A stretch of DNA of 64,000 bases from Vicugna vicugna. Taxonomy: Eukaryota. Shown piece by piece: positions 38,520 to 50,459 of this stretch. The number at the start of each line of letters is the position of its first letter. Within the stretch, counting starts at the first letter, position 1. The translations under genes and the position numbers were made by a program. The DNA lies in contig MU057865.1 in assembly GCA_013265495.1 (NCBI GenBank), positions 620,001 to 684,000 of the forward strand. The letters run 5' to 3'. Below the pieces are notes generated by a model. The model was given only the letters and a program-made list of their open reading frames with translations. It did no database searches and had not been told where the DNA came from.

Positions 38520-38680
38520 AAGTGTTTCCAAAGGGCAGTCCATAGTCCATGGCTCTACCTTCATCAGGATTCCCTGATGGCCTTCCAACAAGTAAGAGCC
38601 TGGACAAGTCTCCAGATTCATCAGATCAGAATCTCTGTGAAGTGCCCAGGAATCTCCATTCTTAACATGGAAGCTCTGCA
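38520..38680. mobile_element. MER5A-like hAT MITE
   Basis: AGTGTTTCCAAAG...ATCAGAATCTCTG...GCCCAGGAATCTCCATTCTTAACA. Confidence 0.7.
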
Positions 38681-39469
38681 CCATAGAGAGATGAGTATCA
38701 GATGTACCATTGGGGTACCAGTGCGCCCTCATCCTTGAGAACATGGAGCATTGATTCTCATCCCTCGCTTTGCATCAGAATCACCCACGGGACGTCAGGG
38801 AAGATATTAAAGAAAAGTGGAGCTATCTTCCTCTTCTTCAAACCGCACGTGCCATTGTTCTCATGACTTGTTCTTTTCTGAATTTCAGTGATTTTTTCAC
38901 TGTGGCTTATCTCTCCTAGACTTTAATTTCTTGGAATGCAGGAATAATACTTTTTGTTATTTGTCTAACCATAATTTATGAAACTTCGTAAGGAACTAAG
39001 TGCCGTCTGTGCAGGTGTATGTGTGTGTACGTCTTTTTCTGTCTCTCTGTGTAATTATAGCCTAAGAATGAAAATGTGATTTTCCTCTTTCACATCAAGT
39101 TCTTGATTTTGGGGGCTTCCTTGACCCGGGTAGCATTTATCAATTCTTTGTACTACAAGGCAACAACTCCTTCTATGTCTGTTCTGTTGGCAAAGGCTAA
39201 TGACTGAATTATTATTGCTCCCTATGGGGATGTTTGGAAAATATGATATGGTATTTCTGACATTCAGTGAGGGAGGTAGAGGAATTTTAAATAGCTGGAA
39301 ACGGGCAGGACAACCTTGCAAAATAAAATGTTGTCCTGTTTTCAGTACTACTTTTGAATAAAACAAAGCAAATTCTTTTGTAAGACCTAGAATCACCAAA
39401 ATTTTAACTGTAAATTCTAAATGTTTTTAAGGTGCCTAGAAATTTTGACTTCTTATTGTTTTCCTGGAG

Positions 39470-41370
39470 AACTGAACCTTGTTTTCTTAATCTGAAACTC
39501 TTTTCCTGGGAGTATTTAGTCATTTATATTTAATGTAATTACCTGTATATTGAGGTTTAAATCTACACTTATTCTTTGCTTTCTAATTTCTTGCCTGTTA
39601 CATGTTTCTTTCTTACTTCCTTTTTTAGTCTTTCTTAAAAATTGCTAAGGATCTATGTATTGCCTTATTAAATTCTAATATAAATTAGCATTTTTTTCAT
39701 TCTCAAGACAATGAAAGGGCTTAAGAATAGTTTTACTCTATTTATACTCCTCTCACTTTTCTGCTATTGTCATATGATTTAAAATTTCCCCATGCAGTAA
39801 TATGTTATATATTATGTACTATGCATTCTATATTATGTATAGAATCTATATTTATCCATATAGTTACCCTGTTTGATGCTTTTAATTTTTTCTAAGAGGA
39901 ATCATTTTTCTTCAGCTTTGAGTATTTCATTTATGCTGAGTATATCAGTGACAAACTTTATCAGTTATTGATTCTCTGAAAATGTATTTACTTGGTGTTT
40001 ATTTTTAAGACTTTACATTTTTCCTCACTGGATATAGAATTCTAGATTGTCAGCTATGCTTTTTCACCACCTTGAAGATACACTTCATTGTCTTCTGGCT
40101 TCTTTAATTAATTAATTAATTAATTAGAGAGGTCAGCTATTGCTCCTTTGAAATTAATAGGTCTTTTTTGTCTATATACTTTTAAAAATTTTCTCTTTTT
40201 GTTGTTTGGTTTAAACAGTGTAATATATATATATATATATTTTTTCAGTTGTTGTTTTGTCTAGATGTCATTATCCTTCTTGAATTTTATAGTAGTTCCT
40301 GAACTTTGATATTTTATTTCAGTTTTGGGAAAATTCTCAGCTATTATCTCCAAATATTGTTTCCTGTCTGCTTTAATTCTCTCTTCTTTGTGGGATTCCA
40401 ACTGTAAACATGTAAACCTACCACTGTACCCCATGTGTCAATCACGCTCTATTCTGCATTTCTCATCTTTTTATTTTTCTTTCCTGTAATCAGAATATTT
40501 TCTTTTGAGTTACTATTCAGCTCTCTAAATCTCTATTCAGCTAAGTCTAATCCTTTTTAAAACAAACTCTTTGAGGTATTGACTCCACTTTTTTTTGTAT
40601 TTTTATTTTTAGCATTTCAACTGAATTCTGCTTCACAGTTTTAGTTCTTTGCTAACATTATCAACTTTGTATTTTAACGCCTGGAATACAGCAATCATAA
40701 CTTAAGGTCCTTTTTCGTGATTCTATTATTTTGATCCCTCATATGTCTGCTCCTATTTTCTATCCTTTTCTCTTGGTTTGTGTTCATGTCATATCTTCTA
40801 CATGCCTGTTTTGTTGTTGTTGAGTGACAAAAATTACATATGAAAGAAGGTAGATTGATGTGCTGCTCTTGCTTCTGTTCTGTTGTTTGAGGCAGTTGTA
40901 GTGGTGGTGGTGACAGGCAGCTATAACATCTCAGATCAACTGATAACAATCAAAGATTGAACTGACTGGAAGCTGACTTTCAGTTCCTAAGAAGGTTGAG
41001 CTATTTCTGATTCACTCATATTTCTAGGGCGTCACCCTTCGGTATCCCAATTTCAAGGCTGGGTTTTTTAACAGCACTTCTCATCTTAGAGTTATCACTC
41101 TGATTTTCGCCCATTTAGTTACGTGGGTTTACTCAAAGTTCTGCTTGGTTTCTTAGTTTCTCAACCTCTTCTTTCTTATTTGTCAATTAATCTAAGGAGC
41201 AAAGTGGCCCCAAGATGCTGGAGTCATTCCATAAGCTGTCTGAGATCTTGGCTTCACAGTTTGACACTGAAATGGTAGCTCTTCAGTGCTTTCCAATTGA
41301 TATTTTTATTCTTTCTAGTTATTTTCAAGAGTAAATTCATCCTGAAACAAATTGAGGCTGCCATTGCAAG
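39470..41370 (-). mobile_element. old L1M 5'/ORF1 region
   Basis: CACTGGATATAGAATTCTAGATTG, TTCATTGTCTTCTGGCTTC and TTTGGGAAAATTCTCAGCTATTATCT are typical of ancient L1 in antisense. Confidence 0.8.
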
Positions 41371-41431
41371 AAGATTAAACATACAATATTTTTAATGATT
41401 TTTAATATTCACTAAATTTTCCAGAATCATA

Positions 41432-42134
41432 ATTCAAAGATTTAGACAAACTGCACAATCTGAAGGAGTAAACCCCACGAGACTACCCTCCTGCCCTCAC
41501 TTCAGAAAGCAGCCACAATCTGAGGGGTTCCCAGGACCACCTTCATTTCAGACTGGCTGGATGCAGATTTGGGGGTTTCCATAGGCTCCCTCAGGTCTGA
41601 TAATTTCATAGAAAAACTCACAGAACTCAGTAAAGTGGGGGTACTTACAGTTTTATTGTAGCAAAAAAGGATAGAAATTAGAACCAGCCAAAGGAAGAGT
41701 CTGGGAGGGTTGCAAATGCAAAGCTTCTATGTCCTCAGGGAGGTGTTACCCTCCTGGCATCAGTGTGAGACAGTACACACAGAGTATTGCTAACTTGGGA
41801 CGTTGACTGTCCAGAGTTTTTGTTAGGGTGTAATTATGTAGGCATGACTCCTTGACTAATTGCCTGTATCACTGAACTCAATCTCCAGCCACTCTCCCTT
41901 ACTCAGAGGTCTAGCTGATATCCTGTGGTTCAATCTTCTAATCACATGGTTGTTCTTTCTGGCATGAAATGTCTCCACAGGAGTCACCTCAGCATAAACC
42001 ACCAGGTGTGAACCAAGGGGCCCCTATGAATAACAAAACACTCCAAATCACAGGAAACTCCAAGAGTTTAGAGGTAGACCTGGAGACAAAGACCAGACCT
42101 TTCTTTGGGCTGAGATCAAATTCTTTATTACACA
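41432..42134 (-). mobile_element. MER21/MER77-family LTR
   Basis: CTGCCCTCACTTCAGA, CTCACAGAACTCAG, TGAACTCAATCTCCAGC, CTAATCACATGGTTG; end TTCTTTATTACACA. Confidence 0.85.
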
Positions 42135-42431
42135 GGGAAATGTTGTGGAAATTGAGGAAATGTTTCAGTATGTTTTCTTCAAAAAAGTTACCATCTTGCT
42201 GACTTAAATCATGCTTGAGGCATTTGTTTACCAATACAATATAGCTGTTCCAGTTCATGTGTGTGACTGTTAAAGTCATAATGATTCCTTGTGGTGGTAC
42301 AATCACCTGGATTCTCCCCTTGTGTTGTCTAGTGAAGTCACATTAAAGCACTAACACACTGAAACATTATTTTATCATAAGGTATTTTTCTTTTATTTCT
42401 TTTTTTATAATACAAATAGGGCATTACATCA

Positions 42432-42584
42432 TTCTTTCTTTCGTCTCTCCTTTCTTTCTTCCTTCCTTCCTCCTTTCTTTCTCCCTTCCTTCCTCCCTTC
42501 CTTCCTTCTTCCCTCCCTCCCTCCTTCCCTCCCTCCCTTTCTCTCTTTTCCTTCTTTTTCTTTCTTTCTTTCTTTCTTTCTTTT

Positions 42585-42680
<96 letters not shown>

Positions 42681-42724
42681 TCCTTCTTTCTTTCTTTCTC
42701 TCCTTCCTTCCTTCCTTTTTTTTT
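42432..42724. repeat. (TTTC)n/(CCTT)n polypyrimidine microsatellite, about 290 bp
   Basis: Directly visible. Confidence 0.97.
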
Positions 42725-43433
42725 TAAATCACATGAATAAGCAGGGTATGAAATTTATCTCAGGATAACAAATCATGCATTACCAAATATTTATAATAAA
42801 GTTAATGCCTTAGACCTGCTAGGTCTGTGAAGCACCAGTTCAGGCCATTTCAGATAGAGACATGTGGGGACTGGATCCCTAGGGAGATGTTAAAATATAG
42901 AGGATAATGCTTATTATCAGAGATCAACTTTCTTAAGATTGAAAAAGGGAATTTGGATTTGTTGGTTCTGCTCAGGTTAGAGGCTTGCTTGGGGTGGCAT
43001 CTGCAGGGCTGAGCAAGGCACTGGTTGGGAGATGCTTGGACCTGATGAATGACCATGGTGGCCAGGCACAAGCTCTGCAGGCTTGGAAAGAGTAGAAGGG
43101 TTGCCTGCAGTCAGCCTTGCACTAAGGGTTACAGCTGGTGACAGTCACTAGCCTTCAGTATTTAAAAGGGCTTGGGTTGATGACCAGAAAGTTTCCCTCC
43201 TTTCCTGGACTTTTTAACCCTCTTGGTCCTGCCAGAACCTCAGAGGGTAAAATCAGTGCATAGAACATAGATGCTAATAGATTTTTGCCAAGCTTGACAA
43301 ATGGAAGCTTGAAGCCAGATTGACTTGAGTTGGAAAAATATGTAAGTATGTTAAAATGCCATGACATTATTTGTGCCTTTTATCTCTCTAACTTGGGATG
43401 CATACAGGAAGTGTGTAAAATATACAGGAACTG

Positions 43434-43711
43434 TTTATGATAGCCAAGACATGGAAGCAACCCAAATGCCCATCAACAGATGACTGGATAAAGAAGATGT
43501 GGTACATATATATACTGGAACACTATGCAGCCATAAAAAATAATAAAATAATGCCATTTGCAGCAATATGTATGGAACTGAAGGTTGTCATTCTAAGTGA
43601 ATTGGGCCGAAAAGAGAAAGAAAAATACCATATGACATCATTTATATGAGGTAGCTAAAAAATAATCAAAACAATAATAGGGACTATGTATATATATATA
43701 TATATACACAC
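43434..43711 (+). mobile_element. L1 fragment encoding the ORF2p C-terminus, ending in (TA)n(CA)n, with TSD
   Basis: ORF 43437-43649 (IAKTWKQPKCPSTDDWIKKMWYIY...) is the conserved L1 ORF2p C-terminus; ACAGGAACTG at 43424-43433 and 43712-43721. Confidence 0.92.
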
Positions 43712-44939
43712 ACAGGAACTGATCCCTTCTCTCAATGGAACTTAGTGTCCAATGGGAACCAGGTTTGTATCATAAACACCTATCCCCAACTCCCCCCCCA
43801 CACACACATCCCACACATTTGTAATTAAACCAACATGGTACAAAAGGAAGGTATTCAATGTAAGCTGAGTACAAAAAAAAAATTAAAAAGACAAAAAGCA
43901 AACCTGTTTGCAAATTGGAATTTGGTGTTATATTAAATTTCAATTTGAAATTTTATAACATCTGTGTCATGGGTAGGAAGTGTAAACAGACCTGTTTTTA
44001 TCCATTTTTTTCCTATTCCAATATACTTAGTACGGAAGATGCTGACTGAAGGAATGAATGAGAAAATTAAGGAGTCTTCAGACTTCCCATGTTCACTTGA
44101 AATAGAGGAATTCTCCTTGGGTTGTGTCTCTGTATATGACTTAAAAAAAAAACAGAAAGGTAATGACACAGAATCTATCATTACAATAATCAAGGAAAAT
44201 TAGAAATATTTATAATTGGGGTGAATGAACAAGAAGAGGGGGGAAGGGAATATAGGCAAAGTGGACAAAAAACAACCCTGATGCCAGGAGAAAAAACAAA
44301 TCAAAAGAGAAAACTCGTACCTTGATGAGGGTTTCTAGATGTCACACTTAGGCAAGCGATGCTGCATAAAATATTAAGCAGCTCTAATGCTGACTGAGAA
44401 AATTTATGGAGTCTGAAGTACCTTAAATCATATCGACTGCTTATCTCTGTTTTTCAGTCTTTAAACAAGCTTCTCTGAGGGTTTAAGTTGTGCCTCTTTT
44501 TTTTTTCCTTCAGATCTTGTGCAAAGGCTGAAACTTCCAAGAAATGAGGAACACCATGGGGGAGAGTATTAGGCAGAGAAGAAGGGTTGTGCTCAAACTG
44601 CTGTTGGTTGGAGCTATTTTGGAATTTGAGCTTGTTTTCATATGAAAAGAAAGCGACTTTGTTTCTTCATTCCCTTTTATTTGATTCTTCCATTTATTCT
44701 TTCAACAATTATTTACGCAGGAACTCCTAAGTTGCAAATAACGTTCTGGAAGCCATGAGGGATGGGAAGTTATGTGAAACGCATTCTTCAGCCTTCATAA
44801 TCTTTCGTTGTATTTGGGAAAGATAAAATGTGCATATAAACTAATATAGTAAGTTATGAGATAGATGCTTGTTTAATTAAGTTAAAGAGTTATCAGTGGG
44901 AGGGGAAGAAGGAGAGAATTGTCTTTTATTCATGACACC

Positions 44940-46100
44940 ATTTATTCATTCATCCACTAATTTCAGGAAAAAAAATTGACTGAGTAACTATTATGTACGA
45001 GCCTTTGTTTAGGCAATTTCCAGGAATTTTCCTTCAAATGGAGATTATAAACTGATAATAAATAGTATAATTTTAGACAGTGACAAGGTTCTGAAGGAAT
45101 GCGACCAGGCAGGAAATTCGAGGATGGTTCTGAGGAATTATTTTACTTAAGGAAAGGCTTCTCTGAGAAGATAACATGGGAGTTGAAACCCTAAGCCTAG
45201 TGAAATAGCCAGAGTTCACATTCTTCAGGAAAAACATTCCAACACGTGGGGAAAGCACCCATCATGAGGCTTCTCAGGCAGTAATGAACTTGGTAGGTCA
45301 AGGAGTAAGCAAGGACAGTGGTGGGAGGTCAGGCTCGTCAGCCTGGACAGGAGGCAAAACTCGATCACATCGCGGCTGGTGGACCAGAAGAGGGAATTTG
45401 GACTTGATTCTAAACATAATGGGAAGTTGGTGAAGGAATTTTAAGAGAAATAATGCAGGATTGGATTAGTATTTTTAAGGAAAGTGGTTTGGAGGGTACA
45501 AAGGGGAGAAGCAGAGAGACCAATTAGTAGTTCAGTGAGAGACGCGTGTTGTTTGGACAGAAGCAGCTGTTGTGAGGTGTGAAGACTGCCTGTGTACTCT
45601 GGAGCAAGACAGGGTCTGCAGCATTTGGTGGAGGTTTATAGGCTGGGGGATAGAGAGGAGGGAGGAGGCAGCACGGCTCCGGCTTCCGGCTTGAACAACT
45701 TGGTGGCTGGAGGTAGTGTCTAATGAGTTAGGAAAAACTGAAGGAGTTTATTTGCACAGATGATAAGTGTTGAGATGTCTGTGAGATATTCAGTAAGAGC
45801 TGCTAGGTAGGGGAGCATGATACATGTGCTTGGAGTTTACCAAAAAGGTGTGATTTGAGACTTCATAAAACAAACAAACCTTCCATAGCCTAAACATATT
45901 GGTGGCATTTGAAATCAGGACAGTGAAGCACTCTTTGAGGAAAAAAGAAGTGCAGAGATGGAAAGAGAAGAGAGCCCAAAGAATATGCATGGAGGAGACG
46001 GAGCATGCAAAGTCACAGTGAGATAGGAGAAAAACCAGGAAGGTGGCTTCACTGAAACTAAGAGAAAAGAGTGTCTGAAGACAGATGACGTGATGAGCCT
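44940..46100 (-). mobile_element. L2 LINE 3' portion
   Basis: Starts TTTATTCATTCATCC (antisense L2 tail); GGAAAGGCTTCTCTGAG, GGAATTTGGACTTGATTCTAA, GTTGAGATGTCTGTGAGATAT. Confidence 0.8.
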
Positions 46101-46229
46101 TATTCATCATTATTAGATAGATCAAAATAATGATGTTTCAAGGCAAACTTTGGGGGAGCATCTTTCCAAACATTCCAGGTAGAAAGAGAGGGTACGGGAG
46201 TGTGCCAGCCACAGAAGAGAGCCCAATGA

Positions 46230-46748
46230 AGTAATATAGCAGCATCTGCCCATCTGGGCTCAGGACCCACAACTCAATGATTACTTATTAAGCTCCCTTC
46301 CATTGTAAACACTCAGAAATCCTTGCCACCTTGTCTCCATCCCAGAGACAACCTGTATGGAGTTGCTCAATGGGCTCCCTTGCTTGTGGCTTCCGGTTTG
46401 GTCCAGCCAATGGGGACCTCTAGTAGGAGGTGAGACAGCGGGTTTGGGATATTCAGTTAGCCAGCCTCACCTGTGGTATCACCTGGGTTCTGATTTCATT
46501 TCTCTAGCAGACGTCACAGATACTTTCATGGGAGCCCTCTCTTATAACACTCTTTCAAGTTCTGTGAACCGCTCCTTCCCCCATCACTTCTGGCCTAAGG
46601 ATGCACTGGGGTCATTGTTAACTGTAGTGTGCTACTGGTTTCCCTCCACTCTATCTTCACCCTTGAAAATAATTCTTTTATGAAAATCTTCCTCAGTTTA
46701 CTCTGATTTAAATTGCCATTTATTTCTTATCTGACACCAAATAATACA
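46230..46748 (+). mobile_element. LTR33-family (ERVL) LTR
   Basis: GGGCTCCCTTGCTTGTGGCTTCCGGTTTGGTCCAGCCAATGGG motif; end ...TAATACA. Confidence 0.75.
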
Positions 46749-47110
46749 GAAGTTATGATCCAGCTGGAGCAATTCCATACTAATCAAGCTTGTGCCACAG
46801 ATTCTAGGTGACACGGGAGCTCAGAGAAGGGGATGGCAGGCGAGAGTGACAAGGACTGGGAAGTCCAGAAAAAAAGGCTCTTGCAGGAGATGAGCTGAAA
46901 TTGGACCCTGGGTGATGGTTGATGAGGAAGGGGTACTAAACGATATGGAAAAAAAGAATCAGAGTTTTAGACAGAGAGAGAAATGTGAGCAAGATCACTA
47001 GGTGGATGAAAGAACTCTGCTTTAAGAAGTGAAATTTCAGATCCACGCAAAGTGAAGTATCTAACCTGGTCTGAACTTTGCCTCGCCAGAATGTACAGAC
47101 TGTGTCTGAG

Positions 47111-47850
47111 TGTGGATAATAAAAAGTATGTTTTGTCTTTTTTCTGGTCTTGGCACAGAACTCCTAAAATCTGTGGAATTTTCTGAACGATAGAAGTGCC
47201 TTCTTTGTTTTTCATAATGACCCCCTTTCACCACACCTGCATTTCCATCATGGTGACTCAGGGTGGGGGGCCTCTAGATGGCTTCAGGGTGGGGGCTGGT
47301 CACCAAAAAGACCGAGCACTTGATTAGAGGGTAGGGAATTTAAGCTCTACCCCCTGACCCTAGGAAGGGGAGCAGGGCTGGAGATTGGGTTATAACAACT
47401 CTTGAACAGTTTCTGGGCGGGTGAACCCATGGTGTGCTGGGAGGGTGGCATGCCTGGAGAGGGCATGGAAGCTCTGTGTTCCTCATCTTGTCTTTTATCC
47501 TGTGTATCTCTTGCATTTGGTTGTTCCAGAGCTGTTCCTCTACTGTCCTTTATAATTCTAAGTAAGGCACATTCCTGAATTCCCTGAGTGGTTGAAGAAT
47601 TATGAGGAGGAGAAGGGTGTTATGAGAATCCTTGAATTTGTAGTCAGTTGATCTGAAGGGTGGGTCACCTGGGCACCCCACTTGTGGCTGGTGTCTGAAG
47701 TGGGGCAGTCTTGTGGGGCTGGGCCTTCTAACGTGTGCGATTGGATGCTAACTCCATGTAGATGGTGTCAGAACTGAATTGAATTGTTGGACACGGAGCT
47801 GGTGTTTGTTAGAGAATTGGTTGTTGGGAAAGAGAAAAAAAAAACCTACA
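47111..47850 (+). mobile_element. MER21-family solo LTR
   Basis: TGGCACAGAACTCCTAAAA, GGGGCTGGTCACCA, CCTGGAGAGGGCATGGAAGCTCTG, GTGTCAGAACTGAATTGAATTG; flanks CTGAG / CCAAG. Confidence 0.88.
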
Positions 47851-50419
47851 CCAAGACAAACCAACCACATTTTCTTTCATTTTTGTAGCAAATTACATCT
47901 GGATTCAAAACAGTCACACTGACCATTTGTGCAGAATTTTCCCAGGCATCTCCCAAGAGGCTTTCAGAGGCAAATCCATCTTCAGAGTTGGCAGCATGAG
48001 CCAGTCTACAATGCTCCAGTCAGACCAGCTAAGTCTGGGCCTCCCTTGGACACCCCACAATGCAGAGACATACTTGCCTTATGGACCGGTCACTCCACAG
48101 CTCACGGACCCACAGGAGATTAACAAGACACCTAATGAGGATGCACGTGGCAAGTGTTTCCTTTCTCTTCCCTTCTCTCTTTCTTTGTAAACTGGGAGGA
48201 CTTTAGCTAATGCTCCATAAAATCCGGTTTAATATCCAGTTATTACAAAGCTTCAGATTTTTGACAGATTAAGTGCTATTAAATCACCTTCCTGTGAAGG
48301 CACTGAAAGGTCACAAGATGAATTAGTTCAGGCCATCTTCTCTCCGTCTTCAGCAACTAGCTCCTTCCAGGCCTGCCTTTCCCTACCAAGAAAAAGACAG
48401 AAGAATACAAGAAAAAGGAACTGGAAATTATGACCCTCTAAATGTCTTCAGGATGGGAGCCCGTGAAGAATGGTGCTGCCTTGTCATGGGAGACAGATGG
48501 GTTTTTGTCAGCTTGGAGGGCAATTTTTGACTTTATTTTCTCCCTCCTCCGGTTGACTGTGATCCATAATGTTGCATTTTGCCCTTTAAGAAGAATTTTC
48601 CGGTTAACAGACTCAATAGCCACATCCCGTCCCAGCACTTGGGAAAGACGGGAGAAAGGACTTCAGCTGTATTCAGTATTTCTAACAACACAGCTATACT
48701 GTTTTTTAGAATTTCTTTCCTTTCTGTGGTTGTTGCTAGGAGAACTAAACCTCACATTTATATAGCAGATTGCTACTCTCATAAAACTCTCAGTGTCAAA
48801 GGTTTTGATGTAAAAAAATAGCTAGGCTTCCTATACATTAAGGATTACTGGTAAGAAGGAAATGTACGGAATACTGTTACTGAAGCGTGGCAGGACCGAT
48901 CAAGGGTCCTAACAGCCCACGTAGCTGCTGTAATGCGAAAACGGTAGGAGTGTTTATTTTTCTGCCTTTTTGCTTGCCTGAATAACCCATTTGCAAGAAA
49001 ACCTCAGACAGGAAAAAAATAAAAGCAAGTCTGAGAAAACAGGCACATTATTTCCTACAATGGCAAATTTGGAAGTTTTTTTTTTTTTCCTCCAGGCAGG
49101 GAAAAATGACACACAATTCTAGGTTGTGTCTTTGTCCTTAACTAACCTGGTCCCATCTCCGAGTCAGTAGGTGTCCTGTGTGGCTCTGGGCAGGGCTCTG
49201 CTTAACTGAATGGGTCGTGGGGGCCCTCAACATCCACTGATCATATATATACTGTTTCATATTGATCTGCTTCCTCCAGCTAATTTTTCATCTAGATCTT
49301 ACCGGGCAAATCACATACCCACACTTTTGAACACACTCAAACACACACACACAAATTCTCAAACCCATTCGAACATAAACTTGTTCTTTCTGTCTCCTTG
49401 TTCTCTTTTTAATCTTAAAGTTTCCGAAGCTGTGGCTTACTCACTTGGAGGAGTTGCAACAGAAGACTCATTTGGAATGGGGTGGGGGCCCCCTAATCCT
49501 CATATGGCCTTGGGTGCTGACGTTCAGTAAGTGCAAACCTACATCAGAGAAAAAGTAGAAGGTTCTGGATGACAGGTTTGTTTTGAAGCAAAAAAGGAAA
49601 GGAAATAGACGTTATTTGCGTCCCTCATCCCGTTTGAGGCTGGTCCTAGGTGTTCTTGGTTAATGAGGCTCAGAGGAACCTCGTAATTATCCACAGTCAG
49701 ACAGTCCCAGTGGCGACCCAGGTTCTGAAACCAAGTTTCTCTGAGTCAGAAGGCCACAGTCTTTGTACAGCAGAACCTCTTTCTCTTTATACATTGTTCA
49801 CTTTATTAAATTAGGATTTTTTTTAACTTTCTTGCACTGTACGGGTCAGAGATGGTGCTCATTAAATCCGCACAATCGCACAGGCGCCCCATGAGACGGA
49901 CGGCAGACTGCAGTGTGGCTGCAGGTGGTGGCTGTCCCCACTTTATAGACGGAGGGGCTGTCATCCTGAGGGTCGCAGTGGGGAGGTGGTGGCTCTGGGC
50001 TCCAAGTCCACATCTTCCCTTTCTCCAGGTGGGGCATCTTTAGTTACAACTGGCTGAATTAGCGGTTTGGGCTTTTCTTAATTTATATTTCCTTTGCTCG
50101 AAGTATCCTTGGGGTAGCTCTGTTTCTCTAACATTACAACAGGGGAAAATAAAATGCCCTGTTTATTTACATGATTTCTTCTTTATTTTTTCCTATTCTT
50201 ATCAATGAAATAAAAGGTGAGAGTATGAGGATTTCTCCTGAAAGAAAGCCCCAGTGAACAACTGTCCCTGATGGTTAGCGATGGCCATAAACAGTATCAC
50301 TTTTCTTCAAACCGTTGGTTTAGATCGTTCATTAAGAGAAGTTTGAGAGGTATAATTGTAATTAACTCCTTCACTTACTTTGAACAAAAATGACTCAATG
50401 AAAAAAAAGTCATACTTAC

Positions 50420-50459
50420 CCTGATAGTTCTAGCCAAGCTTTCAGATATTCAAGAGCCA
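50420..50459 (-). other. candidate internal exon (40 nt), transcript unknown
   Basis: Minus strand: ttttccctttatcttctctcttattttctttag | exon | AGG/gtaagt; splice signals only. Confidence 0.35.

Larger units (their letters stand above)
39200..42838 (+). mobile_element. MER20B-like hAT element broken into four pieces by later insertions
   Basis: Collinear pieces: ~39200-39400 (MER20-like start), ~41375-41430 (TTTTAATATTCACTAAATTTTCCAGAAT), ~42135-42431 (CCAATACAATATAGCTG...TAGGGCATTAC), ~42725-42838 (TTTATCTCAGGATA...CATTACCAAATATTT...). Confidence 0.65.

Noticed and set aside
43437..43649. ORF with a real protein-like sequence
   Set aside because: It is the L1 ORF2p C-terminus in a truncated retrotransposon copy, not a host gene.
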